Assembly: GCA_950097015.1 (NCBI GenBank)
Contig: CATNEN010000001.1
Span: 744,001 to 808,000, forward strand
Reading direction: 5' to 3'
Length of the DNA: 64,000 nt
Origin: Macrostomum hystrix
Taxonomy: Eukaryota; Animalia; Platyhelminthes
Shown: positions 49,801 through 61,557 of the stretch, one piece after another
How positions within the stretch are numbered: the stretch's first letter is position 1
Layout: every line of letters starts with the position of its first letter
Notes under the pieces: generated by a model
Databases searched by the model: none
Seen by the model: only the letters and a program-made list of their open reading frames with translations
What the model was told of the DNA's origin: nothing
Made by a program: the position numbers and the translations under genes

Positions 49801-52800
49801 ACTGTGAGGGATGCTAATGATCTACTGTGAGAGATGCTAATGATCTACTGTGAGAGATGCTAATGGTCTACTGTGAGAGATGCTAATGATCTACTGTGAG
49901 GGATGCTAATGGTCTACTGTGAGAGATGCTAATGATCTACTGTGAGAGATGCTAATGATCTACTGTGAGAGATGCTAATGATCTACTGTGAGGGATGCTA
50001 ATGATCTACTGTGAGAGATGCTAATGATCTACTGTGAGGGATGCTAATGATCTACTGTGAGAGATGCTAATGATCTACTGTGAGAGATGCTAATGGTCTA
50101 CTGTGAGAGATGCTAATGATCTACTGTGAGAGATGCTAATAATCTACTGTGAGGGATACTAATGGTGTACTGTGAGAGATGCTAATGGTGTACTGTGAGA
50201 GATGCTAATGGTCTACTGTGAGGGATGCTAATGATCTACTGTGAGAGATGCTAATGATCTACTGTGAGAGATGCTAATGATCTACTGTGAGGGATGCTAA
50301 TGATCTACTGTGAGAGATGCTAATGATCTACTGTGAGAGATGCTAATGGTCTACTGTGAGAGATGCTAATGGTGTACTGTGAGAGATGCTAATGATCTAC
50401 TGTGAGGGATACTAATGATCTACTGTGAGAGATGCTAATGGTGTACTGTGAGAGATGCTAATGGTGTACTGTGAGAGATGCTAATGATCTACTGTGAGGG
50501 ATACTAATGGTGTACTGTGAGAGATGCTAATGGTGTACTGTGAGAGATGCTAATGATCTACTGTGAGGGATACTAATGGTGTACTGTGAGAGATGCTAAT
50601 GATCTACTGTGAGGGATACTAATGGTGTACTGTGAGAGATGCTAATGATCTACTGTGAGGGATGCTAATGGTCTACTGTGAGAGATGCTAATGATCTACT
50701 GTGAGAGATGCTAATGATCTACTGTGAGAGATGCTAATGATCTACTGTGAGGGATGCTAATGGTCTACTGTGAGAGATGCTAATGATCTACTGTGAGAGA
50801 TGCTAATGATCTACTGTGAGAGATGCTAATGATCTACTGTGAGGGATGCTAATGATCTACTGTGAGAGATGCTAATGATCTACTGTGAGAGATGCTAATG
50901 GTGTACTGTGAGAGATGCTAATGATCTACTGTGAGAGATGCTAATGATCTACTGTGAGAGATGCTAATGATCTACTGTGAGGGATGCTAATGATCTACTG
51001 TGAGGGATGCTAATGATCTACTGTGAGAGATGCTAATGATCTACTGTGAGAGATGCTAATGATCTACTGTGAGGGATGCTAATGATCTACTGTGAGAGAT
51101 GCTAATGATCTACTGTGAGAGATGCTAATGGTCTACTGTGAGAGATGCTAATGGTGTACTGTGAGAGATGCTAATGGTGTACTGTGAGAGATGCTAATGG
51201 TGTACTGTGAGAGATGCTAATGATCTACTGTGAGGGATACTAATGGTGTACTGTGAGAGATGCTAATGGTGTACTGTGAGAGATGCTAATGATCTACTGT
51301 GAGGGATACTAATGGTGTACTGTGAGAGATGCTAATGATCTACTGTGAGGGATACTAATGGTGTACTGTGAGAGATGCTAATGATCTACTGTGAGAGATG
51401 CTAATGATCTACTGTGAGAGATGCTAATGATCTACTGTGAGAGATGCTAATGATCTACTGTGAGGGATGCTAATGATCTACTGTGAGGGATGCTAATGAT
51501 CTACTGTGAGAGATGCTAATGATCTACTCTGAGGGATGCTAATGATCTACTGTGAGGGATGCTAATGATCTACTGTGAGGGATGCTAATGGTCTACTGTG
51601 AGAGATGCTAATGATCTACTGTGAGGGATGCTAATGATCTACTGTGAGAGATGCTAATGATCTACTGTGAGAGATGCTAATGATCTACTGTGAGGGATGC
51701 TAATGATCTACTGTGAGGGATGCTAATGGTCTACTGTGAGAGATGCTAATGATCTACTGTGAGGGATGCTAATGATCTACTGTGAGAGATGCTAATGATC
51801 TACTGTGAGGGATGCTAATGGTGTACTGTGAGAGATGCTAATGATCTACTGTGAGGGATGCTAATGATCTACTGTGAGGGATGCTAATGATCTACTGTGA
51901 GGGATGCTAATGATCTACTGTGAGGGATGCTAATGGTCTACTGTGAGAGATGCTAATGATCTACTGTGAGAGATGCTAATGGTCTACTGTGAGAGATGCT
52001 AATGATCTACTGTGAGAGATGCTAATGGTCTACTGTGAGAGATGCTAATGATCTACTGTGAAAGATGCTAATGATCTACTGTGAGAGATGCTAATGATCT
52101 ACTGTGAGGGATACTAATGATCTACTGTGAGGGATGCTAATGATCTACTGTGAGGGATGCTAATGATCTACTGTGAGGGATGCTAATGATCTACTGTGAG
52201 GGATGCTAATGGTCTACTGTGAGAGATGCTAATGATCTACTGTGAGAGATGCTAATGGTCTACTGTGAGAGATGCTAATGATCTACTGTGAAAGATGCTA
52301 ATGATCTACTGTGAGAGATGCTAATGATCTACTGTGAGGGATACTAATGATCTACTGTGAGAGATGCTAATGATCTACTGTGAGGGATGCTAATGATCTA
52401 CTGTGAGAGATGCTAATGGTCTACTGTGAGAGATGCTAATGATCTACTGTGAGAGATGCTAATGATCTACTGTGAGAGATGCTAATGATCTACTGTGAGG
52501 GATGCTAATGATCTACTGTGAGGGATGCTAATGATCTACTGTGAGAGATACTAATGATCTACTGTGAGGGATACTAATGATCTACTGTGGGAGATGCTAA
52601 TGATCTACTGTGAGGGATGCTAATGATCTACTGTGAGAGATGCTAATGATCTACTGTGAGAGATGCTAATGATCTACTGTGAGAGATGCTAATGATCTAC
52701 TGTGAGGGATGCTAATGATCTACTGTGAGAGATGCTAATGATCTACTGTGAGAGATGCTAATGATCTACTGTGAGAGATGCTAATGGTCTACTGTGAGAG

Positions 52801-55396
52801 ATGCTAATGGTGTACTGTGAGAGATGCTAATGGTGTACTGTGAGAGATGCTAATGGTGTACTGTGAGAGATGCTAATGATCTACTGTGAGGGATACTAAT
52901 GGTGTACTGTGAGAGATGCTAATGATCTACTGTGAGAGATGCTAATGATCTATTGTGAGAGATGCTAATGATCTACTGTGAGAGATGCTAATGATCTACT
53001 GTGAGAGATGCTAATGGTGTACTGTGAGAGATGCTAATGGTGTACTGTGAGAGATGCTAATGATCTACTGTGAGGGATACTAATGGTGTACTGTGAGAGA
53101 TGCTAATGGTGTACTGTGAGAGATGCTAATGATCTACTGTGAGGGATACTAATGGTGTACTGTGAGAGATGCTAATGGTGTACTGTGAGAGATGCTAATG
53201 GTGTACTGTGAGAGATGCTAATGATCTACTGTGAGAGATGCTAATGATCTACTGTGAGGGATGCTAATGATCTACTGTGAGAGATGCTAATGGTGTACTG
53301 TGAGAGATGCTAATGATCTACTGTGAGGGATACTAATGGTGTACTGTGAGGGATACTAATGGTGTACTGTGAGAGATGCTAATGGTGTACTGTGAGAGAT
53401 GCTAATGGTCTACTGTGAGAGATGCTAATGGTGTACTGTGAGAGATGCTAATGGTGTACTGTGAGAGATGCTAATGGTGTACTGTGAGAGATGCTAATGA
53501 TCTACTGTGAGGGATACTAATGGTGTACTGTGAGAGATGCTAATGATCTACTGTGAGAGATGCTAATGATCTACTGTGAGGGATGCTAATGGTGTACTGT
53601 GAGAGATTCTAATGATCTACTGTGAGGGATGCTAATGATCTACTGTGAGGGATACTAATGGTGTACTGTGAGAGATGCTAATGATCTACTGTGAGGGATA
53701 CTAATGGTGTACTGTGAGAGATGCTAATGATCTACTGTGAGAGATGCTAATGATCTACTGTGAGGGATGCTAATGGTGTACTGTGAGAGATTCTAATGAT
53801 CTACTGTGAGGGATGCTAATGATCTACTGTGAGGGATGCTAATGATCTACTGTGAGGGATACTAATGGTGTACTGTGAGAGATGCTAATGATCTACTGTG
53901 AGAGATGCTAATGGTCTACTGTGAGAGATGCTAATGGTGTACTGTGAGAGATGCTAATGGTGTACTGTGAGAGATGCTAATGGTGTACTGTGAGAGATGC
54001 TAATGATCTACTGTGAGGGATACTAATGGTGTACTGTGAGAGATGCTAATGATCTACTGTGAGAGATGCTAATGGTGTACTGTGAGAGATGCTAATGGTG
54101 TACTGTGAGAGATGCTAATGGTGTACTGTGAGAGATGCTAATGATCTACTGTGAGGGATACTAATGATCTACTGCGAGAGATGCTAATGATCTACTGTGA
54201 GGGATACTAATGGTGTACTGTGAGAGATGCTAATGATCTACTGTGAGAGATGCTAATGGTCTACTGTGAGAGATGCTAATGGTGTACTGTGAGAGATGCT
54301 AATGGTGTACTGTGAGAGATGCTAATGGTGTACTGTGAGAGATGCTAATGATCTACTGTGAGGGATACTAATGGTGTACTGTGAGAGATGCTAATGATCT
54401 ACTGTGAGAGATGCTAATGGTGTACTGTGAGAGATGCTAATGGTGTACTGTGAGAGATGCTAATGGTGTACTGTGAGAGATGCTAATGATCTACTGTGAG
54501 GGATACTAATGGTGTACTGTGAGAGATGCTAATGATCTACTGTGAGAGATGCTAATGATCTATTGTGAGAGATGCTAATGATCTACTGTGAGAGATGCTA
54601 ATGATCTACTGTGAGAGATGCTAATGGTGTACTGTGAGAGATGCTAATGGTGTACTGTGAGAGATGCTAATGATCTACTGTGAGGGATACTAATGGTGTA
54701 CTGTGAGAGATGCTAATGGTGTACTGTGAGAGATGCTAATGATCTACTGTGAGGGATACTAATGGTGTACTGTGAGAGATGCTAATGGTGTACTGTGAGA
54801 GATGCTAATGATCTACTGTGAGAGATGCTAATGATCTACTGTGAGGGATGCTAATGATCTACTGTGAGAGATGCTAATGATCTACTGTGAGAGATGCTAA
54901 TAATCTACTGCGAGAGATGCTAATGATCTACTGTGAGAGATTCTAATGATCTACTGTGAGAGATGCTAATGATCTACTGTGAGAGATGCTAATGATCTAC
55001 TGTGAGAGATGCTAATAATCTACTGCGAGAGATGCTAATGATCTACTGTGAGAGATTCTAATGATCTACTGTGAGAGATGCTAATGATCTACTGTGAGAG
55101 ATGCTAATAATCTACTGTGAGAGATGCTAATGATCTACTGTGAGAGATGCTAATAATCTACTGTTAGAGATGCTAATGATCTACTGTGAGAGATGCTAAT
55201 AATCTACTGCGAGAGATGCTAATGATCTACTGTGAGAGATTCTAATGATCTACTGTGAGAGATGCTAATGATCTACTGTGAGAGATGCTAATAATCTACT
55301 GTGAGAGATGCTAATGATCTACTGTGAGAGATGCTAATAATCTACTGTGAGAGATGCTAATAATCTACTGTTAGAGATGCTATTGGTGTACTCTGA
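37866..55396. repeat. Large 23-bp satellite (GTGAG(A/G)GATGCTAATG(ATC/GTG/GTC)TACT)n, ~17.5 kb, ~760 monomers, with higher-order duplications
   Basis: Period of 23 (37881 to 37904); rare variants recur at fixed offsets of 2415 and 5543 bp. Confidence 0.98.
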
Positions 55397-55652
55397 GCAG
55401 CTCTGAACTCGGATTAGGCATCTGACATGTGGTCTATGAAGCCCTGACCAATCGCAGGCAGAGCTGCCTGAACCAAAAGGCTGCTTGTCCATTTCGAATC
55501 CAACCAACCAGGACAGTCCTGTTTGGGCTGATATTGTGGGGAGATGAATTTGCAGAGAGATATAATAGCGAGCATCCGGTTTGCTGACACAAACGCTGAC
55601 AGCGCACAGTACTCTCAGTGATTTTTAGCCTTGATATATTAATCTGAACGCC

Positions 55653-57715
55653 ATGTCTGGTCTGTCAGGTATAGGCCTACTAATCTACAACGCAGCTCTA
55701 GGATCTGTGTTTGTTGTCGGGTTATTAGGCAATTGTCTAGTCATCGGCGTGATTTTGCGTCAACGCTCCGGTAGTCGATCGCCAACTAGCATCTACCTGG
55801 CTAACTTAGCTCTGGCTGACGCCTTGCACCTGCTGTCAATACCGCCACTGATTCACACATCCATAGCTGGTCAGTGGGCCTGGTCTCAATTAGCTTGTCG
55901 GATCTACTATCTGCTGTTCTACATGAACTCAACCATGTCCGTCTACATCATCACGGCTATGAGCTTCGATCGTTACAAAGCTGTCGTTTCGCCGTTCACG
56001 TCGATTACAATACGCAACAAGCGATGTGCTGGAGCTATTCTGGTGGCCCTGTGGATCATTGGAGCTCTAGTGATTAGTCCGGTCTACCTGTACGCTCACA
56101 TTGACCGGTTCAATGGTACTGGAGTGCCTTACTGCACGCATTCACAGGTTGGTCAATAAAGTCAATCACGATTGAGAATCCCCATTCTCAGCAGTAGCAG
56201 CCACTGCCATAGAACTCGACCATAGACAAATAAGTCAATCACGTGGAGAACTCCAAGCTGCACTCTCCTATGGCCATAGACAATAATAAATCAAACTTTG
56301 CCGTTTATTAAAACCTTCACTTGTTGAACTTTTACAAGGTTGTAGAGCCTAGCCGCGGAGCGTGTAGAGCATCACGAGTTAAATGCCGGTTTGGTGGCAA
56401 TTTTGGTGGCACTATTGTCTCGCAGCCAGCAAGGACGCGATTCCGCTGATTAGGCTGACTCCTGACCACACACGCACACAGACACTGTACGCAGGCCCTC
56501 AAGGGCGTAAATTGCACGACAAGGCCCCAAGCCTTTTCTCTCCGCGGCTGCGCCCCAAAAGAATGTGGCCTCGCCGCGGAATCGAGCGTAGGGACCTTGG
56601 CGCTAAAGGCAAACGCGTTAGCCACCCTGCCACCGACCCCTATTTGTGTCTGTTAGCAAGACACTTAACTCTGCATTGCTTCAGGTCACCCAGCTGTTAA
56701 ATGGGTACCAGCATTAGCACGGGTGGATGTGGTGTCCGCCAGTCCATGGACCGAACAGCCGTACGCAGCCTTCAGATGCGCCGCGTAATAGCTGCGAATG
56801 TGCCGTGTGATGCACATCTGACCCAATTATGGCAGGTGTAATCGATTATTACGCAAAGGGTGATACTTTCAGGCTGGAAACTATATCTAATGTACATGAT
56901 GACCAGCGAGCTTTTAAGTAAATTCGTTTCTTCCAAAAAAACTTTGTCAGATGCCTCCGTTGGACGACGTGAACATGACGGACCCGGAGCCGGTGGAACT
57001 GTCAGAGCGCCTGCGCAACTTCTTCACCCACCCGGCTTATTTCATTCGTTACATCTCCGTGACAGGCTGTGTACTGCCCGGCCTCCTGCTCATCTGCTTC
57101 TACTCGCTGATCATCCGGAAGCTCTACAGAATGAAGCTTGCTAGAAACTCAAGCGGGCAGGCTCGGCAACGCTTCGAGAAGGTCACGTTGCTAGTCGGAG
57201 CTGTCGTAGTCTTCTACGTCGTCTGTTGCCTGCCGCACTGGATTCACGTCAATGTCAACCTGAGCGTCAACACATTCTCCTACTTTCTAGTCGTCAGTTC
57301 GCACGTGACCGCCCTGCTTGGCTACATCAGCAGCGCCGGAAATCCGGTTCTGTACGCCTTCCTCAACGATCCGTTTCGGGCTTCGTTGCGCGAATTTCTC
57401 GGCATGACCGGAGCGGCTGCTGGCGGCGTCGTTGGCGGCGCTGGCGGCGGCCTCGGCGGGGCTCTAGGCGGAGCCGCCGCCGGAGCCGCAGCTGGAGCTG
57501 CCGGAGCCGCAGCCGCTCTGGCATCCGGTGACATCGGCGGAGACCCCGACGCGGCCGCCACAACACGTCAGCTGTTGAGTGGCAGCGCCACTGGTGGCAT
57601 CTACTGCGGCGGCCGCGGCGGTGGCGGCGAAGGCTCGCCAACACTCGGACTGACAACATTCAACGTTACTTCGGACCAGAGTCAAGCCCACGCACAGGAA
57701 CAGTCGGCGGTGTAG
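55653..57715 (+). CDS. Class A (rhodopsin-like) peptide GPCR, somatostatin/opioid/allatostatin-C/galanin-like group, 2 exons, 419 aa
   Basis: Exons 55653-56147 and 56951-57715 (phase 0, CAG|GT...CAG|). Motifs GLLGN (TM1), NLALAD (TM2), W..S...C (ECL1), MSFDRY (TM3), CCLPHW (TM6), NPVLY-AFL (TM7/helix 8); Gly/Ala-rich C-tail. The ligand cannot be assigned. Confidence 0.9.
56384..56640 (-). mobile_element. SINE family B copy in the GPCR intron
   Basis: The minus strand begins GGGGTCGGTGGCAGGGTGGCTAACGCGTTTGCC...GCTCGATTCCGCGGCGAGGCCACATTC and matches the 5688 and 26137 copies. Confidence 0.8.
56641..56797 (+). mobile_element. SINE family A core and tail in the GPCR intron
   Basis: TTTGTGTC...AGCAAGACACTTAACTCTGCATTGCTTCAG...GCAGCCTTCAGATGCGCCGCG matches 17675-17822 and 5561-5684. 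Confidence 0.8.
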
Positions 57716-58183
57716 CTTCGACCCATCGGTCCATCTCATTCCACCGACTCCCTCTTGAAGCTCTTATCCTTGTGCGGTGTACACATTCAGAGCCCATTGA
57801 AGATAACAATTGAGGGATCCGATTAGATGTACTAATTGTGACTAATTTGTGTTTCAATTTGATCCCAAATACACGTTTTTCTTTTCTAATCTTCGCTGTT
57901 GTATTTACACAATGTTTAATTGTGCATACATGTAGTTGTTTATATCGTCGTGCGATAGTAGAAAGTACATGGTATCCTTGCTGTTTTTCAACAAAATTCT
58001 TTGATATTTTATAATTTTCCGATAAAAATGTTGTCCTTCCTTGAATCCACTTTGACTTGAAATTCATCTATCCACAATTCAGCTATAAAACTATTTATTT
58101 CAAAATCGAAATGTTACAATCTGTTACAATCACAACTTTAACTAATTTTGTGCTAACCAAACACTTTTAACCACTTCTAGCTC

Positions 58184-58812
58184 GTACAACTGCGCTAACT
58201 TCACACCTCTAACCTCTTCTACAACACAACCTCTGATCCCTTCTGCAACTGCGCTAACTTCACATCTCTAACCCTCTAACCCTTCTACAACTGCACTAAC
58301 TTCACACCTCTAACCCTCTAACCCCTTCTACAACTGCACTAACTTCACACCTCTAACCCTCTAACCCTTCTACAACTGCACTAACTTCACACCTCTAACC
58401 CTCTAACCCCTTCTACAACTGCACTAACTTCACACCTCTAACCCTCTAACCCCTTCTACAACTGCACTAACTTCACACCTCTAACCCTCTAACCCTTCTA
58501 CAACTGCACTAACTTCACACCTCTAACCCTCTAACCCCTTCTACAACTGCACTAACTTCACACCTCTAACCCTCTAACCCCTTCTACAACTGCACTAACT
58601 TCACACCTCTAACCCTCTAACCCCTTCTACAACTGCACTAACTTCACACCTCTAACCCTCTAACCCCTTCTACAACCGCACTAACTTCACACCTCTATCC
58701 CCTTCTACTCGTACAACTGCACTAACTTCACACCTCTATCCCCTTCTACTCGTACAACTGAAATAACTTCACACCTCTAACCCTCTAACCCTTTCTAAAA
58801 CTGCACTAACTT
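58184..58812. repeat. 42-43-bp minisatellite (CTACAACTGCACTAACTTCACACCTCTAACCCTCTAACCCCTT)
   Basis: Unit spacing 42/43 (58328, 58370, 58413). Confidence 0.93.
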
Positions 58813-60098
58813 CAGACGTCGTGCGACTGCAAGATTTTTCCTTTACAATAAACATAAATGTAGTAATATTTGTCTAACTTTCCATATGATATATATTTTT
58901 TGCATTGCAAATATCGAAGTTACATTTTCTTGTTTGTGAACACAAGCACATGTCATAGTGTTTGTGGTATGATTTTAAGTCTTTAAATTTTTGTCATCTT
59001 TCTGAACATCAGAAATTGTTGTACTGTGATAATAGTTTTTTACAACCAATTATACGATAAATCCTGTCTGTCTGCATATTCACCAGCACATTTACGCATA
59101 TTTTCAAACAAAAAGCACTCTGTTGCACCTCAGAACCAAACTATCAAGTGTTCTTTGAGCGTGGTCAAACACGGTCGTTTTAATAAACAATATAGCACAG
59201 TGAAGCATTGTAATGCATAATTTTGTAGCACGCACACTCTACCAATGCTTATGTCCTGTTAAAATATCTTTTAAAATATTCCTTCGCTTACTTTAAAATG
59301 CGCATCTCATACAGGGAGTCAGAATTGATTGGTTTAACTGTTAAATAGGACGTCTAAGTTAAAATGGGAGGAGAGTGGAAGAGGTAAGGAAGGGATTAGG
59401 CAGCAAAAAAGGGATTCACAATTCAGACGAATAATCCCCACATAGTCCCATGGAACTACAGGGGGATGCCGCAATTCTTAAGATCCCACTTTCTTTCAGT
59501 GAAAAGAGGCCCCGCTTGGCAACGAATTTAGGAGAGAGCGAAAGAGTGAGAGGGGGTGGTCTCTGGGGACCTCACTCTAGTAGTGAACACACACGCACAC
59601 ACATATATATCTATTCGAAAGGCACAAAAATCGTTGTGGAACCTTTTGCTCGAAATCATTTTTTTCGCTAACTAAAAAATGGTCTCCTCACTGTCACGCC
59701 GACGTAGATTGGTCGTTGTCTCGCTTTAAGCTGCAACATATTCTTGTTCTTGTTCGCAGACTTTCTAGATTCTTCGGTTCTGCCTAAATTCTATCTGCCG
59801 GTCTGCGGCCAATTTGGCAATCCCCGAGTGGATGGCCAGAGATACCCGAAATGCCAGAAATTAGATCACAAAGCCCGGTGCCCAGCTGTTGCACTGATTT
59901 CTGTTACTAAGGGAAAACTAAATCTTTCTGACTATCTCTTTCGGGTTTCCACTTTTCAGGCTTGCACTAGTATTGTTGATGTTTTGGCAAAATCAAACAG
60001 AAAAACGGCTGTCTGGTAAAAGTAGAGTAAAAATAGAAATGCACAGATTTCAGAATCCACATTTTTGTTCCTGACGTTTCAGGCCTTTTTATTTTACC

Positions 60099-61093
60099 AA
60101 ATCTACTCCACCCGGAAATCTACTCCACCCGGAAATCTACTCCACCCTGAAATCTACTCCACCCTGAAATCTACTCCACCCGGAAATCTACTCCACCCGG
60201 AAATCTACTCCACCCGGAAATCTACTCCACCCGGAAATCTACTCCACCCTGAAATCTACTCCACTCTGAAATCTACTCTACCCTGAAATCTACTCCATCC
60301 TGAAATCTACTCCACTCTAAAATCTACTCCCAACTAAAATCTACTCCACTCTAAAATCTACTACACCTAAAAATACACTCCACCCTAAATTCTACTTCAC
60401 ACTAAAATCTACTCCACTCTGAAATCTACTCCAATCTGAAATCTACTTCACTCTGAAATCTACTCCACTCTGAAATCTACTCCACTCTGAAATCTACTCC
60501 ACTCTGAAATCTACTCCACCCGGAAATCTACTCCACTCTGAAATCTACTCCACTCTGAAATCTACTCCACTCTGAAATCTACTCCACTCTGAAATCTACT
60601 CCACTCTGAAATCTACTCCACTCTGAAATCTACTCCACTCTGAAATCTACTCCACTCAAAAATCTACTCCACTCTAAAATCTACTCCACTCTAAAATCTA
60701 CTCCACTCTGAAATCTACTCCACTCTGAAATCTACTCCACTCTGAAATCTACTCCACTCTGAAATCTACTCCACTCTGAAATCTACTCCACTCTGAAATC
60801 TACTCCACTCTGAAATCTACTCCACTCTGAAATCTACTCCACTCTGAAGTCTACTCCACTCAAAAATCTACTCCACTCAAAAATATACTCCACTCTAAAA
60901 TCTACTCCACTCTAAAATCTACTCCACTCTGAAATCTACTCCACCCGAAATCTACTCCACACACTGAAATCTACTCCACTCTAAAATCTACTCCACTCTA
61001 AAATCTACTCCACTCAAAAATCTACTCCACCCGAAATCTACTCCACACACTGAAATCTACTCCACTCTAAAATCTACTCCAGTCTAAAATCTA
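60099..61093. repeat. 17-bp minisatellite (AAATCTACTCCACTCTG)n, ~58 copies
   Basis: Period of 17 (60541 to 60558). Confidence 0.95.
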
Positions 61094-61290
61094 AACTTTT
61101 GACCCATATATTTAGCTTAAGTTAAGCAGTGAAATCTATATAAACTTTACTTAATATTATCAGTACATTTAGCTGAACGGTTACTCAGTTTGAGACTGCC
61201 GCCTCATCCAGTGTACTCAAATGCGTTCTGAGCAGCCAGAGAGAAGAAGAATAAGATTTCCAATTGGAAAATAAAGTTAGGACTTCAGCG

Positions 61291-61292
<2 letters not shown>

Positions 61293-61347
<55 letters not shown>
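61293..61347. repeat. (TG)n microsatellite, ~27 units
   Basis: Direct inspection. Confidence 0.97.
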
Positions 61348-61350
<3 letters not shown>

Positions 61351-61557
61351 CCAGAAAAACCTCAACCCGTCCCCCTGTCATCTTCGCATTTGCAGAGCTC
61401 AGGCAAAACCTCTTCAGATTTTTTTCCTCTAGATATAATTTCGAACCTGACCGAATATATAGCTATATTTCGTAGTCTCAGCAAGCGGCTAAACTTTCTA
61501 AGAAATCATCTTTCCTCTCTGAGTGAAATACAAATGGAACCAATTCGCTAAATACTT

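Noticed and set aside
80-55396. CRISPR arrays suggested by 23-35-bp repeats
   Set aside because: Units are directly head-to-tail with no unique spacers, there are no cas genes, and the context is eukaryotic and intron-containing.
58184-58812. Interstitial telomere
   Set aside because: CTAACCC occurs only as two CTCTAACCC-type words within a 42-43-bp unit; there is no (TTAGGG)n run.
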